Shown here: in pieces, positions 11,660 through 23,315 of the stretch
Layout: every line of letters begins with the position of its first letter
Position numbering within the stretch: the stretch's first letter is position 1
Assembly (NCBI GenBank): GCA_029953675.1
Contig: JAMWBK010000002.1
Span: forward strand, 3,286,001 to 3,350,000
Reading direction: 5' to 3'
DNA: 64,000 bases
DNA from: Rhodosorus marinus CCMP1338
Lineage: Eukaryota; Plantae; Rhodophyta
Program-made: the position numbers and the translations under genes
The notes under the pieces: generated by a model
Seen by the model: the letters and a program-made list of their open reading frames with translations, nothing else
Databases searched by the model: none
Told to the model about the DNA's origin: nothing

Positions 11660-13404
11660 ATGAAGTCTGCAAGTGTTTTCGCGACCGGGTTGTCGATTTG
11701 GACTCGGAGTGGATATGGAATATCCAGGATCCGGGAGGCGGGGAGCTCATCGGTGTTTAATTCCTTCCGGAGCTCCCGTCGCTGGCTGTCGATGTCGGTT
11801 CAAAAACTGCCTCCACCACAAGAAATCACAACAACAGAGTAAGTAGAGCTGTAATTTTTACCTCTTGAAGATTGGAATCGGCGCGATTTCCTTGTAAACC
11901 CGATCGTCCTGTCCTGGGTCCGGACTCCGTCCACCAAAAGAGTCGATTTGATCTGACTCTTCGTCAACGGGTATCGCTATCGTGCCACAGGGAAGTTGAA
12001 GAAGCCGACACGAGAGTGGCTAGCTTCATGACCCCGAAGGAGATCGTGTTAGAATTAGATCGTCACATTGTGGGCCAGGCTGATGCAAAACGGGCAATGT
12101 CGATAGCATTGAGAAATCGGTGGAGGCGACACCAGCTTCCTACTACGCTCCGTGAAGAGGTACTTCCGAAGAACATTCTAATGATTGGGCCCACGGGGGT
12201 TGGAAAGACTGAGATTGCGAGGAGGCTCGCCAAACTTGTGGATGCACCGTTCGTGAAAGTCGAAGCTACAAAATACACCGAGGTCGGTTTCCACGGAAGG
12301 GATGTAGATCAAATAATAAGGGACCTCGTGGAAAACGCCATCCAGCTCGTCAAACAGCGACAGAGGAGGATGATGAAGGAGCAGATACGGAAGGTAGTCG
12401 AAGATAAAATCTTGGATGAACTCACTGGGCTGGAGGCCAGAAGCCAGACAAGAGAGAGCTTCCGCTCTCTGTTGAGGAAGGGCGCCCTGGAGGAGCGAGA
12501 AATTGAAGTCGAGGAGCCTGCGCGAAGCAAGCACAACGTTGTGCAAATAGGCGACATGGGACCGGAGAGAATGAACGACATATTGTCCCGAGTCGATAAG
12601 TTTTTCACGGTCCAAAGAAGCGGGTCGCAAAAGCGCAGAATGACCGTAAGTACACCGTGTTAAGCAAGCCTGGATTAATGCGTGCTATAATGTCAGCTAA
12701 TACGGTTCTTTGTCGGTCAGGTACGAGAAGCTCGCGCAGTGATCGAGGACGTCGAATCCGAAAAGATTCTTACTGACGAGAGCATAACAAAAAAGGCCAT
12801 TGACGCAACCGAGCAGGACGGAATTGTGTTTATTGATGAGATTGACAAGATCTGTACGCCGAGCAACTACCGCCACGGTGCAGATGCTTCGTCGGAGGGG
12901 GTGCAACGAGATCTACTTCCGATTATAGAGGGCTCCACAATCTCAACCAAACACGGAAATGTTAATACGGATCATATTCTGTTTGTTGCTTCTGGGGCGT
13001 TTCATAGCGCGAAGCCTTCCGACCTGATGGCGGAGCTTCAAGGGAGGCTTCCTATCCGAGTAGAATTGAAGGGTCTGACTGAGGCAGATATGTATCGCAT
13101 CCTTGTTGTACCCGAGAATAACTTGGTCAGACAGCACGTTGAATTGCTGAAGACCGAAGGCGTAAACCTTCACATAACCGAATCAGCGCTCAGAGAGATT
13201 GCCGCTGTTGCCGCTGAATTGAACATGACTGTCGAAAATATTGGCGCCAGAAGGCTTCATACTGTCTTGGAGAGAATTCTTGAGGACGTATCGTACAACG
13301 CGCCGGATCTGAAGGGCGAGACAATTACTATTGATGCAGTCAGTGTACGGGGTGCCCTTGGAGATATGCTTCTGAAGACAGACTTGTCGAAGTATGTGTT
13401 GTAG
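11660..13404 (+). CDS. hslU: HslU (ClpY) AAA+ ATPase of the HslUV protease, probably mitochondrial; 3 exons
   Basis: Motifs [23 protein letters not shown], Walker A GPTGVGKT, Walker [30 protein letters not shown] and C-terminal DLSKYVL. Introns at 11839-11990 and 12646-12720. The N-terminus is an S/R-rich presequence. Confidence 0.95.
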
Positions 13405-13502
13405 TTGAACATGAATGCTTGGAACTGAAGCGAGACCTGCTCGAGACAGACTTGTGGGCCGCTTGAGAATATGAAAAAAATAGGAATAATTTGTACTACG
13501 AT

Positions 13503-14614
13503 CTATTTCAGATCAGGGCACTGTTGTATCCTTCCTAGCAACGAAGTGATTGCCATGGACCACCCCTCGGGTCCTATCCCGTCGACGAGGATTAACTTAT
13601 CAACCTCGCCTGCTCCGGGGGCCCACGCCCCGCTGTGCTGTTTTACAAGGAACGAAAGGTCCGCGCATCCAAGCATGGAAAAATCGTTGGGGGCATCTCC
13701 CAGGGCGACTGATAGGTGAGAACCAGTGTCCGCGCTGGTTCCTCTGTTCAGAATTCTGAGGAGCAGCCGCATTGCCCTCCCTTTGCTTAAATGTATGCTC
13801 GACGCCGAGTGGAATCTACCTCCTGCAATGTTGATACGAGTTAATCAAGAACTTCCCATACACATGCAACGCGTTTGCAGTAATCAGATTCAACGTACCT
13901 GTTTCGATGTGAACTCCAGAGACAGCCAGAGATGTGCTTACAACTTTCAAATCCAAAGGAGAAAGCGGTGCGACTATTGTCTGACTCGCCTGTCTTCTTT
14001 TTGCCATTACCGCATCAGCCAATCCAAGACCAGTCTCCTTCGCAACTTGGTCGTTTGTGAGATCATCGTACGTTGTCAGGCAGACGCCAGTCTCCTTCTC
14101 CGTGAGTCTGATCTTTTCAAGCAGAACACCTCGTACATCGCCAAGAACGACTCGATACACGGGCTCTCCGGACCGTTCGATCGTATCAACGGAGTAATCA
14201 CTCAGTACCGTATCTGTGGATGGATCACGAACATCTTTCACGGGAACGTATAGCACAGCTCCATTTTCAGCAATGAAAGGCTGGTCCTCAATGCCGAGAA
14301 TGCTTTGCAAATTTTTCAACTCTGAGGAGGTCTTGCTGCTGCAAAGCACTAGCCGGATTCCTGTCTGCTGTAGCTGATGTTTTTTTCATAATGAAGGCAA
14401 GAAAAAGAGTCTCTTCAAGGGCGTGAACATCAAGTACGAAGCTCTAGGGCAAGATTCAGACATGACGTACCTTCCTGACCGCTTCCAAGCTTCGGTCTGG
14501 GGAGTATGTAGAGTGATCCACCAAAGTCCCATCTACATCAGAGAATATGATAATACTTTGAAACTGCCTATTGTTTGATATTTCTTTCAACCGCTTATCT
14601 AGTTGGTCGTCCAT
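13503..14614 (-). CDS. mpgP: Mannosyl-3-phosphoglycerate phosphatase-like HAD-IIB hydrolase (MpgP/YedP family); 3 exons
   Basis: Spliced reading gives IIFSDVDGTLVDHSTYS, LVLCSSKTSSE, PFIAENGA, GGRFH, SKGRA and ALGDAPNDFSML. Introns at 14374-14470 and 13823-13898. ATG at 14614. Confidence 0.88.
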
Positions 14615-14803
14615 TTCCAGTCACTACGTCTGGACACCCCGGTAGTTTTGACCACCGGCTTCGGAGAGTGAACCGACGCCGGTCTGAACAGTTGCGAAAT
14701 CTTGCGTTGGTCTGCGCGTTGCTCGAAGAATGCGATGGAAGATGACCAGCTTGATTGTCTTGGTCGTTCTTGAACTTTGACACTATTGATTTGCATTTCG
14801 GAG

Positions 14804-15648
14804 ATGATGAACACGGTTCGTGTGCTGCGGGAAGTCAAGCGCTCCTACATCCGTTCTCGTAGAAGGTAGAATGAAGTTCAAGTCTCTGTTCCCGTCGGAT
14901 GAGTACTCCTTTTTGCTAAAGAGAGAAACCGTGTATTTTTCTTTCAGTTTGAGTACTCGTCGAGATCAGGTGTTGATTTGGGTTCTTGGTGGACCCGGAT
15001 CAGGAAAAGGTACGCAATGTAAGCTAGTAAAGAAGGAGTTTGATGCGGAGCATCTGATTCCGGGTGAGATGCTACGTCGGGAGGCCAGTAGGAAGACCGA
15101 GCTAGGATGTAAAATAGAATCCATACTGATGGACGGGCGGATCGTCCCTCCAACTGTCACGGTGCCGTTACTGAAAGAAGCCATAGCGGCGACTGATAAA
15201 AAGATTGTCTTGATAGATGGCTTTCCTCGAGATCTGGAGAACCGGGAGGAGTTTCACCGGTCCTTGCAACGCGACTGTGATCTCTTACTCGTTTATGAAT
15301 GGTAGGCTCAACCACCTGTACCAAATACCAATCGTCGAGGTCTACTGTGTCTGATCTGTGTTTTTTTTCCGGGACTACAGCTCTGAGGCGGAGCTCCTGA
15401 GGAGGCTGAAGAAGCGAGGCGAGACCAGCGGTCGCAGTGATGACAATGAGAACACGATATTAAAGCGTTTCTCCACTTTCCAGCGCAGAACAGTTCCAGT
15501 CATTGATTTGTACAGAAATTCTGGGAAGCTGAAGATTGTCGACGGATCAAAGGGAATCGTGGAAGTCTCTAGACGGACCACAGACGTCATCAGAGCCGTG
15601 GAGAAGCAGCAACTGCCTGAAGAGCTGGGGACAAGCAACGCTGGGTGA
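14804..15648 (+). CDS. UMP-CMP kinase (adenylate kinase family), possible mitochondrial presequence; 3 exons
   Basis: Motifs WVLGGPGSGKGTQC, LIDGFPR and RGETSGRSDDN. Introns at 14866-14947 and about 15302-15380. The N-terminus MMNTVRVLREVKRSYIRSRRSLSTRR is Arg-rich. Confidence 0.9.
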
Positions 15649-15915
15649 CTCTTTCACCTGTAGTCGCCTGTGGCGTATCGAGTTCACTTTGATCGCATAA
15701 CTCTTACAGCGTTCGAAGCCAGCGTGAAGCCAGCCGCTGTCTCAATATTTATAGCGTTCTAATCACATTCAATAAGATGGTAAACAATTATTCCTTCTAA
15801 ACAAAACGTTCCCTCCCAACTCGGTTGTTTCGTAGTTCGGCATCATCTCTACGGGAAAGGCTGGTCGGGGGAGATGTCTTCAGACTATTGAGGACTGCTC
15901 CTCTACCTCGTTCTT

Positions 15916-17696
15916 CTACAACAGCTCGCTTGCCAAATCCGCGAGCTCGCTTCTCTCTCCTTTCTCCAATAATACATGGCCGTATATGGACTGCCCCTTC
16001 ATCCTTTCGACAATGTAGCTTAGCCCGTTCGATCTCGAATCCACATACGGATTGTCTATTTGGTAGATATCGCCCGTCAGAACGATCTTGGTTCCTTCGC
16101 CTGCTCGGGTGATTATCGTTTTCACCTGAAATTCAAAACCCTCAGCCTTCAGATTCCTCGCCGAAAAAAGTGAAACAAGTGAAACAAGTAACGCCAAAAC
16201 CTCTGCCGTCTGAACTCACCTCATGAGGAGTAAGGTTCTGCGCCTCATCGACGATAAAATAGGCGTCATGAAATGACCTTCCTCGAATGTACGCTAATGG
16301 TGCAACCTCAAGGAAATGGGATTCGATCATGTAGTCCACATCAGCCACATAGCAATTCTCAACCACTTTTCCGTTCCCTTGCTTGGTCGTGTTCACTGAT
16401 TTGATAACTCCTACGTTATCCCAGAGGGGTTGCATGTACGGGTTCAGCTTCGTGTTGATATCGCCAGGCAAATAACCGGAGTCGCGGTTCGAAAGAGGAA
16501 TTACTGGTCTCGACAGATAGATCTACATGTGAAATTGTCAAAGACACCCACCCTGTGAGCGAGCAGCTTACTTCTGCAGAGGTACAAGTATGACATACCT
16601 TGGCATACGTCTTCCTGCTCTCAAACGCAGCGGCCAGAGCGAGAAGGGTCTTCCCAGTTCCTGCCTTGCCTTGTAGTGTGACCAGACGAATACTAGGGTC
16701 CAAAAGCATATTCATAGCGAACGCCTGCTCGCTATTACGAGGCGATATGTTGAACGCTGTTCTCTTTTCCACCCTCTTGAAGGAGTATTCGGCGTTCCTT
16801 GAGTCGTACTTCCACGTGGCCAGGGCCGAGCGCGAGCAATTCCGGAGAATAAACGATTCATTAGGGACGGGGACTGGTTCAATTGGGCACGTATCCTGCA
16901 GCATATCCAATCCTAGTCTTTCGTCCGTAGCTCCACCGTCGTTGGAGAAAAACACGTTGATTGCTTCCGATGGAACATTTTCGTGGATTCTCTGACCAGT
17001 GTACTGCTCCTCAACGGAGGGCACCTTGTCAGTTACGTAGTCCTGCGCGAGTAGGCCGAACGCCCTAGCTTTCACGCGTAGATTGTTATCCTTGGTGACC
17101 AGAATGACATTTCGCCCCCTGAGCTTCTTCTCCTTCTCCCTTGCAGTCAGGGAGCTGAGGGTGGCGAGTATCCTGTGGTCTGGTGAGTCCTGGAAAAACA
17201 GTTCCTCTATTTCAGCGTCTCTGTTAGACAGTGAGATGTTCACTCTGCCGAGATCATCGGAGAGTTTGATTCCTTCGCCGGCAAGGGCTCCCTCGGAGTC
17301 TTTCGCTGCTATATCGTCCAGAGTTCTGAGGAACTCCCTCGCATTATAATGCAGCTCCTCGTTGCCCTTTTTAAACTTGTCGAGCTCTTCGAGCACAGTT
17401 ATAGGTATACACACATCATTCTCTCCAAAAGTGAACAGGCACTGAAAACTATGTAGAATCACATTCGTATCCAGGACATAAATCTTCCTCAAATGATCAC
17501 TGTCCTTGATGATTTTCTTGACCACTTGAACCTCGGGATGTTCCACATCCACCACGCTACTATACATCTCAACCCCAACCTTATACCCTCCCAGTGTCAT
17601 ACAAATCGGTGACCCCCTAGAACTCCGCCTTAGACAACCACCCTTCCTGGTGGTTATCGCAGTTTTCGAACCACTCAAACTAAATGCAAAACCCAT
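15916..17696 (-). CDS. PIN domain + PhoH ATPase (PhoH2/YlaK type) with a putative plastid transit peptide; 3 exons
   Basis: PIN motifs [30 protein letters not shown] and [12 protein letters not shown]. PhoH motifs [36 protein letters not shown] and TGDIYQID. Introns at 16523-16598 and 16126-16219. Confidence 0.92.
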
Positions 17697-20600
17697 TGTT
17701 ATCTCCTCATCATATACATATCCATAAATTTACCACTCTTTCACTCTCTCTCCCTCTCTCTCATCACTGTCCAGCTCACTCTAACTTCATATACTCTTCT
17801 TTTCTCTTCAAACTTCCGAAACAGTCAAGACTTCAACTGAATGTCTCAAAAGAGACGCGCCTCCTATCACTTTCCGACAGTTGACATTTGACCCCCCCTT
17901 TTTGAATATAAATATTTCAAGAAACTTTTCTCCGCCATCATTTCAGACCTAAAAACTATCATATAATCGAAATTTATATGTGGCCAAAATAAAGGCCAAC
18001 CTTCTGAAGCTCCCAAGTGCCAACAACGCGCCCAATGTTCCTGCACTCGATCCTCATTTCGGGTTGCTTTTTATAACAAGAAGAGAACATTCCTAAAAAA
18101 TATTGTTTTTATTTAATTCTACACAAGATTTCACGTCCTGGACCTGAAAATTTTAAATATTTGTATTATCTTAAATATAGGAAAACTTAAGGGGGAAGTG
18201 TTTTCGATTTAGAAAAAATAAAGATATTTTTGACAAGAAGTAAAATAGTTTTTGTTTTTCTTTTGTTCGGAGACCTTGTCCTGAAAAACTGTTTGCGCGC
18301 GCAGGGGGGTGTTCAAAATTCCGATTTCGCAATGCGGGAACCATATTCAAGGGGTAACTAGACAACGACTCATTTGTGATTTATTATTTTAAGTTATTTT
18401 AGAACCAGAGTTGGTAATATACTTCTCGTTCGTAAACGCATGAAAATATCCGTGAGCAAGGAAAAGAGCGGGTTTGACAATTCTTGATAGATTGAGAACT
18501 GGTTTAATTGGATATTTCTGCAAATACCGTTGAACGCAACCGCTCACAACAATTTTTCATGTTTTACACATTAAAAATATTCCATAATTCAACTTATTTG
18601 TTAATATATTCAATATACGATTTCCTTGTTTGTACTTCAATAAACATCGGAATGATAGCTTCCTGACCAGTTATACCGATCGTATCTAACCATATCCAAT
18701 CATAGTTTCTATTCCTGATCCGATTAGTCAATTAACAACCAGATTTCAGATAAAGGTCAAATATTCAAGATTATCTATGAATTGAATAGAAGTAAATATT
18801 TCGATACTCGAGATTCATACCCAATCTACTCTTAGCACGTGGCCCAACAAAGTCAGTCGCTTGCTAACGAGGGGTAAAGAAAGTATTGTTGAAAGAAAAG
18901 GAGATCAGCAAGAGAAACCCGTTAGGTGAGTGTCCCTCAGGTTCAGCTCATAAATATTCCCGGGAAATTTTGGGATGCAGGAGATTCCTGAGGCCGATGC
19001 TGATGCCGATACAGATGTTGGCGGAGTCGATACTTTTGTAATACTGAGGGGCAACTCGGCTGTGTGGTAGTTATCTTTGTGGGCGGACCGTGTTTGTCTT
19101 GTTTGTTTTCTTCGAGTTTTTTGTTTTTGGATTGATCTGAACGTAGCTGTTGTGTCTTCCTTTTGCTGAATGAATGGATGCGGTTTGCGATCGTTGGTTG
19201 GTTTTTGTGTCTGTGGGATCGTCGTTGTCTAAAGGGCATTGATGATATGTCCTTAACACTGACTGGAAAACTAGCTGACTGTACCGTTTCTGTCTACCGC
19301 CGTTAGACCATGCACGCTCGACGCTGTTGTTACCGCTGAACTGGATGTTCCAGGAGTACATCAGGTCGTTCCGAAGGCCGGAGAACAGAAAGCGAGAGAA
19401 CACTGAGCTCTTCAAGTCGTGAGGAAGGCGCGACAGGGGTTCCTGCGCGTGGCTTGTGAAAAGGCGCCAAATCTTAGTTGGCTAGCTGGAGGTTGTGAAA
19501 TCCTCAGAGGCTTTGACTTGCTCTTTGCCGTTTGCCTGTGATGCACGGCAACCTCACCTGGACCCGACTAACACCCGCGTGTTGCGACCTGCCGTTCCAA
19601 TCGTTCATTGAGACCAATCTTGAAACTCAATCAATATATCCAGCTTCCAGTTTCCACAGATGGCAGATTTTTCACACCCACACGTCATTGTCACTGTTTG
19701 CACCCCCCAGTTTACTTGCTCATGTCAGGCATCTGTCACGACGAACGATGTCAAGTGCTCGGTTAACGACGTCGACTGGAATACCCCGTCACCCAACCGC
19801 CTACCCGAGATTTGCTTGTGTTGTAGAACATGCTTCCCGCTTCTTGGCGAAGGCTGATGGGGGTGGTTCCTCATAAGGTCGATACGGGGCGTTGGGAATC
19901 TAGCTTGCCCGGCGAATGCCCAGCGGGTTTCCTACATCCATCGGGAGAGAAATCACAGATTCTGCTGAGCAACGGATCGATCACCAGGTCGTATAGTCAG
20001 CAGAAACTATCCATCCACATTCGGAGTAGAAGAGCTGGCTAGTTTGTGGATGCGTGAGACTGTGCGAGAATTATGTATGGCGGGTGGCGTTGGTATTCGA
20101 GCGTGTTCCTCAGTGCAGAAAATGTAATCGCAAACCTTGCTGTCAACATACTAGTGTGGCTGAGTACCTCCGATGTTCGTCGGTTCTGCTTGCTCCCGTT
20201 GAACCACTTTTTTCAAGGGCAAAATAAAACTGGGGCCGAGAGCAGTTTGACCGCAAACAAAATGAAGCAAAATAAAGTGTTTGCGGGTCGAGAGGGGCCC
20301 TGCGAGCGATGATGACCCTTCCTAATGCGCCCTACTCGTTCCGACTGCCATGGTCATCGTCTCTCGCGGGGTCTCTCTACCGTAACCGCGTTCGCTTCAT
20401 CCATGAAGGTAGTCATCTTAAGCGCAAAGCCAGCGTCGCTGTGATTGCGTCGCATACCAGGTCGTCTTCGTATCTTGCTTCGGCATGTATCAGCCGTGGG
20501 GTAGTTGGTGACATATACGGCCATCTTTTATCTGTTAGTCTTGCTTATACTACCTCGGCCATGCACTTGGAGATCTCCAATGCGGACGGGCTCCGGTTCT

Positions 20601-21294
20601 GGTTCCGGTTCCGGTGCTCTCTCACCGGGTTCGCTGGGCTATTGAGTAGGGCCGGTTCTTCACCGCGTGGATATCTGGTCCCGTCTCTTCGGATTCCCGT
20701 CTGCACCGTATCTTCCGGAATAGTAAATGCCACTCTGATCGTGTCTTCCACCGTCGTGGGCCGTGGATGCGACGTACACATGTAGATACGGTTCCAGTCC
20801 ACCGACGAACGTGGCAAATGCATATGTAGTGTGACATGCATTTTGCGTCGTGCATTTACGATTTCGGAAAGCGCAAGTTCAAAGGATGAAACAAACGCGA
20901 CAGTTTTATCCTTCTCTCTGCCTCATGCCAGAATGCGCAATGGCACCTCTGGAGTCCCAACCCACGAGCAGTTCTGGATGTGTAATTTGGTCACCAGTAT
21001 CCCTATCATGTCGAGCCGTACGATCATAACACGAGGTGACTAGTTGTGTCCGTGGCAACCAAGGGCATAGGATTGGAAGACGATTTAGTGACCCTGCATT
21101 CGATGTACAAGGAGGAAGACGACTGGCTTAGGACGCTTTTGTGAATTCCTGACCCACTCGTTCGGGCTTTGCACCCGCGCCAGGTTCGTCCTGTTAAAAC
21201 CACGCTAGACAGGTCTGGGATCTCCCATGTAATGTACATTTCGACTACTTCGACTAGTTTGACTACTTCAGTCTCTGAACGAAGACTGTACATC

Positions 21295-21337
21295 ATTTCA
21301 GATTGACGTTTGTTAATGACAAACGTCAATCTGAAAT
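21295..21337. repeat. Perfect 19-bp inverted repeat with a 5-nt loop
   Basis: ATTTCAGATTGACGTTTGT (21295-21313), loop TAATG, then ACAAACGTCAATCTGAAAT (21319-21337). Confidence 0.95.
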
Positions 21338-21521
21338 ACTGGAACATTAGTAGCTTTGGCTCTCTCCCAAAATCCTTGTTTTCGGACCCAAAAGTGGCAA
21401 TGCCGTGTGAAAACCGATATTTGGAGTGTGGTGCAGGTTAGGGTGTGGACAGGGTCAGGAGCAAGGAGCTGGCCTTGACATTTGGGAATGATTTGTTAGA
21501 GGTAGTGTTGATAAAAGAACT

Positions 21522-22028
21522 ATGGCGTCTTCTCATCCACTGCAGAATTTTTATTCTCAGTTGGAGCATTTGCAGTCAAAATACGTGGGTACAGGACATC
21601 CTGACACGACGAAGTAGTAAGTTCCTCTCCCTCGTTGTTTGTGTTGTCCTGCGCCGTAGAGGGCCTTGTTTTTGCTTCCTTCTTTGATTTCTGGTGCTCA
21701 TCGACGATGTGGTTGTTTCGCTTTCTTTTCCAAGTGAGTGGGTTACGAACCAACAACGCGATTCTATTAGCTCGTACGTGGTAAGTGATTAGGACGTGAC
21801 CTACGGCACGATGAGCTTTCCTGCTCCCACTATGCTCTTTCCTTTGCTACATTTGAACATTGACGGTTGTTCTCGTGTTTTGAATGGTAAACCAAGGGTC
21901 ATCCTCATATGGTAGAGTATTTTGCGATTGCTGAAGGCCAATCGGTTAGCCGTGTAAGAATGAATCTGCTGGACAAGATGTACCGTCCGTGTGGTGAGCC
22001 ACCAAAGGTTGCAGAGGATGAAGAATGA
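21522..22028 (+). CDS. SF3B5: Splicing factor 3B subunit 5 (SF3b10); 3 exons; not in the ORF track
   Basis: Spliced product is MASSHPLQNFYSQLEHLQSKYVGTGHPDTTKYEWVTNQQRDSISSYVGHPHMVEYFAIAEGQSVSRVRMNLLDKMYRPCGEPP. Introns at 21617-21734 and 21781-21896. Confidence 0.95.
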
Positions 22029-22235
22029 CTTCTAGGAAGCTATAGAAATAATCGTCAACTTTTTTTTTTTAACGGATCTTTAATGAAGAGTTGAAATATG
22101 CAACATTGACATCTTTGAAGATATGAGAGCTGCCCGTCTGGTCTCGTTGTCAGCTTTCCATTTGTACAGATTGATTCTGCTGCCGCAGTATTAAATATCC
22201 TGAGCCGGAGCTTCTCCGTAACCACGACCAAAGCA

Positions 22236-23315
22236 TTATTTGTCGGAGTCTTCGTCCTCGTCACTGATGACAGAATCTTGGTCCGAACTCTCCTGCTCCA
22301 CTAGCTCTCCGGCCTTGAGCTCACACGCTCCTTCCTCAAAGGACAAGAGGATGGATTGAGAGTGTTTCAAAACGGGCTTCGGCACATGAGCCACGAGTTC
22401 CATTCTCCTCGACGCTTCAACAAAGCCCAGTCGAAGCTCTGAGTCTTGGGTACTGCAGCTGACTCTTGCAATCGACATCTCCTGAGCGGGGGTTACTGTT
22501 ACCGACCCGCTCGGTGTTTTGAGCTGATTCAGTCGCTCCGATGGAAACCGATCGGCATGGGACGGTACATAGTTCAGCCATACGTTCACCAAGAAGCTGA
22601 TCCTTTTGGACTTGCTCTTTCGCTTTCTGGGTTCTTCCGATCGTCCTTCTTCGAGCGGGAGAAGATCCGCGGGAGCACAATGCAGAAATCGCCCATCAAA
22701 GCAGAGATGATTTCCTTCTTTTGGAAAGCTAACAATTGCTTTCTCTGCGAAACCAGCCCCGCACAAATCCTGTCCGCTTATTGTGGGTGCTTTAAGCTCC
22801 ACAACAAACGTGGGAGCGCCAGCGTCACTTAAATACGTCACTGTACCGAGATGCGGATGGATATTCACGCCTTCATCTTCTTCGAGGGTGTAATCGCGAT
22901 CGAAGTGTGCTCCAATGTCGTCATCTGCATCAATTACCTGGGTCCACCACTCCGCCCCAGATTTGTTTAAATCAACTCCAATCGAATTGCGAGCATGAAA
23001 GTCGAATATCATCTTTGCCAGTCGTTCAACCTCCGCCGCCGGTTCCTCTTTAGCACCGATGAAGTATGTTTCTCCGCTCGAATATTCCTCGTCTCCTCTG
23101 ACAGCTCTCACACTGAAAACTTGCTCACAATCATGTCTGAACAGCTCCAAGTTTCCTTTTAGAGCCTTCTGATACACTTGAAAGTCGTAGTTTATCCCTT
23201 CTGTGACACCACGCGGTCGTCCCTCAGCATCCAAAACGATTTCAATCTGCTCCGCGTTCGCTCCAGGCGCTTCCGGAAAGCTGTTCGGTGTGTCTGAATC
23301 TTCCGAGTTCGACAT
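22236..23315 (-). CDS. Uncharacterised protein with a 2OG-Fe(II) oxygenase-like (DSBH) motif pattern
   Basis: Intronless ORF of about 360 codons. Motifs AEWWTQ, HFD, TVTYLSD, FDGRFLH and RISFLVNVW fit HxD...H...R. ATG at 23315 was chosen; the ORF extends upstream to 23426. Confidence 0.75.
   Translation of the reverse strand: MSNSEDSDTPNSFPEAPGANAEQIEIVLDAEGRPRGVTEGINYDFQVYQKALKGNLELFRHDCEQVFSVRAVRGDEEYSSGETYFIGAKEEPAAEVERLAKMIFDFHARNSIGVDLNKSGAEWWTQVIDADDDIGAHFDRDYTLEEDEGVNIHPHLGTVTYLSDAGAPTFVVELKAPTISGQDLCGAGFAEKAIVSFPKEGNHLCFDGRFLHCAPADLLPLEEGRSEEPRKRKSKSKRISFLVNVWLNYVPSHADRFPSERLNQLKTPSGSVTVTPAQEMSIARVSCSTQDSELRLGFVEASRRMELVAHVPKPVLKHSQSILLSFEEGACELKAGELVEQESSDQDSVISDEDEDSDK

Noticed and set aside
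11660-17696. Bacterial contamination or an operon
   Set aside because: Every gene has frame-restoring spliceosomal introns and sits among clearly eukaryotic genes.
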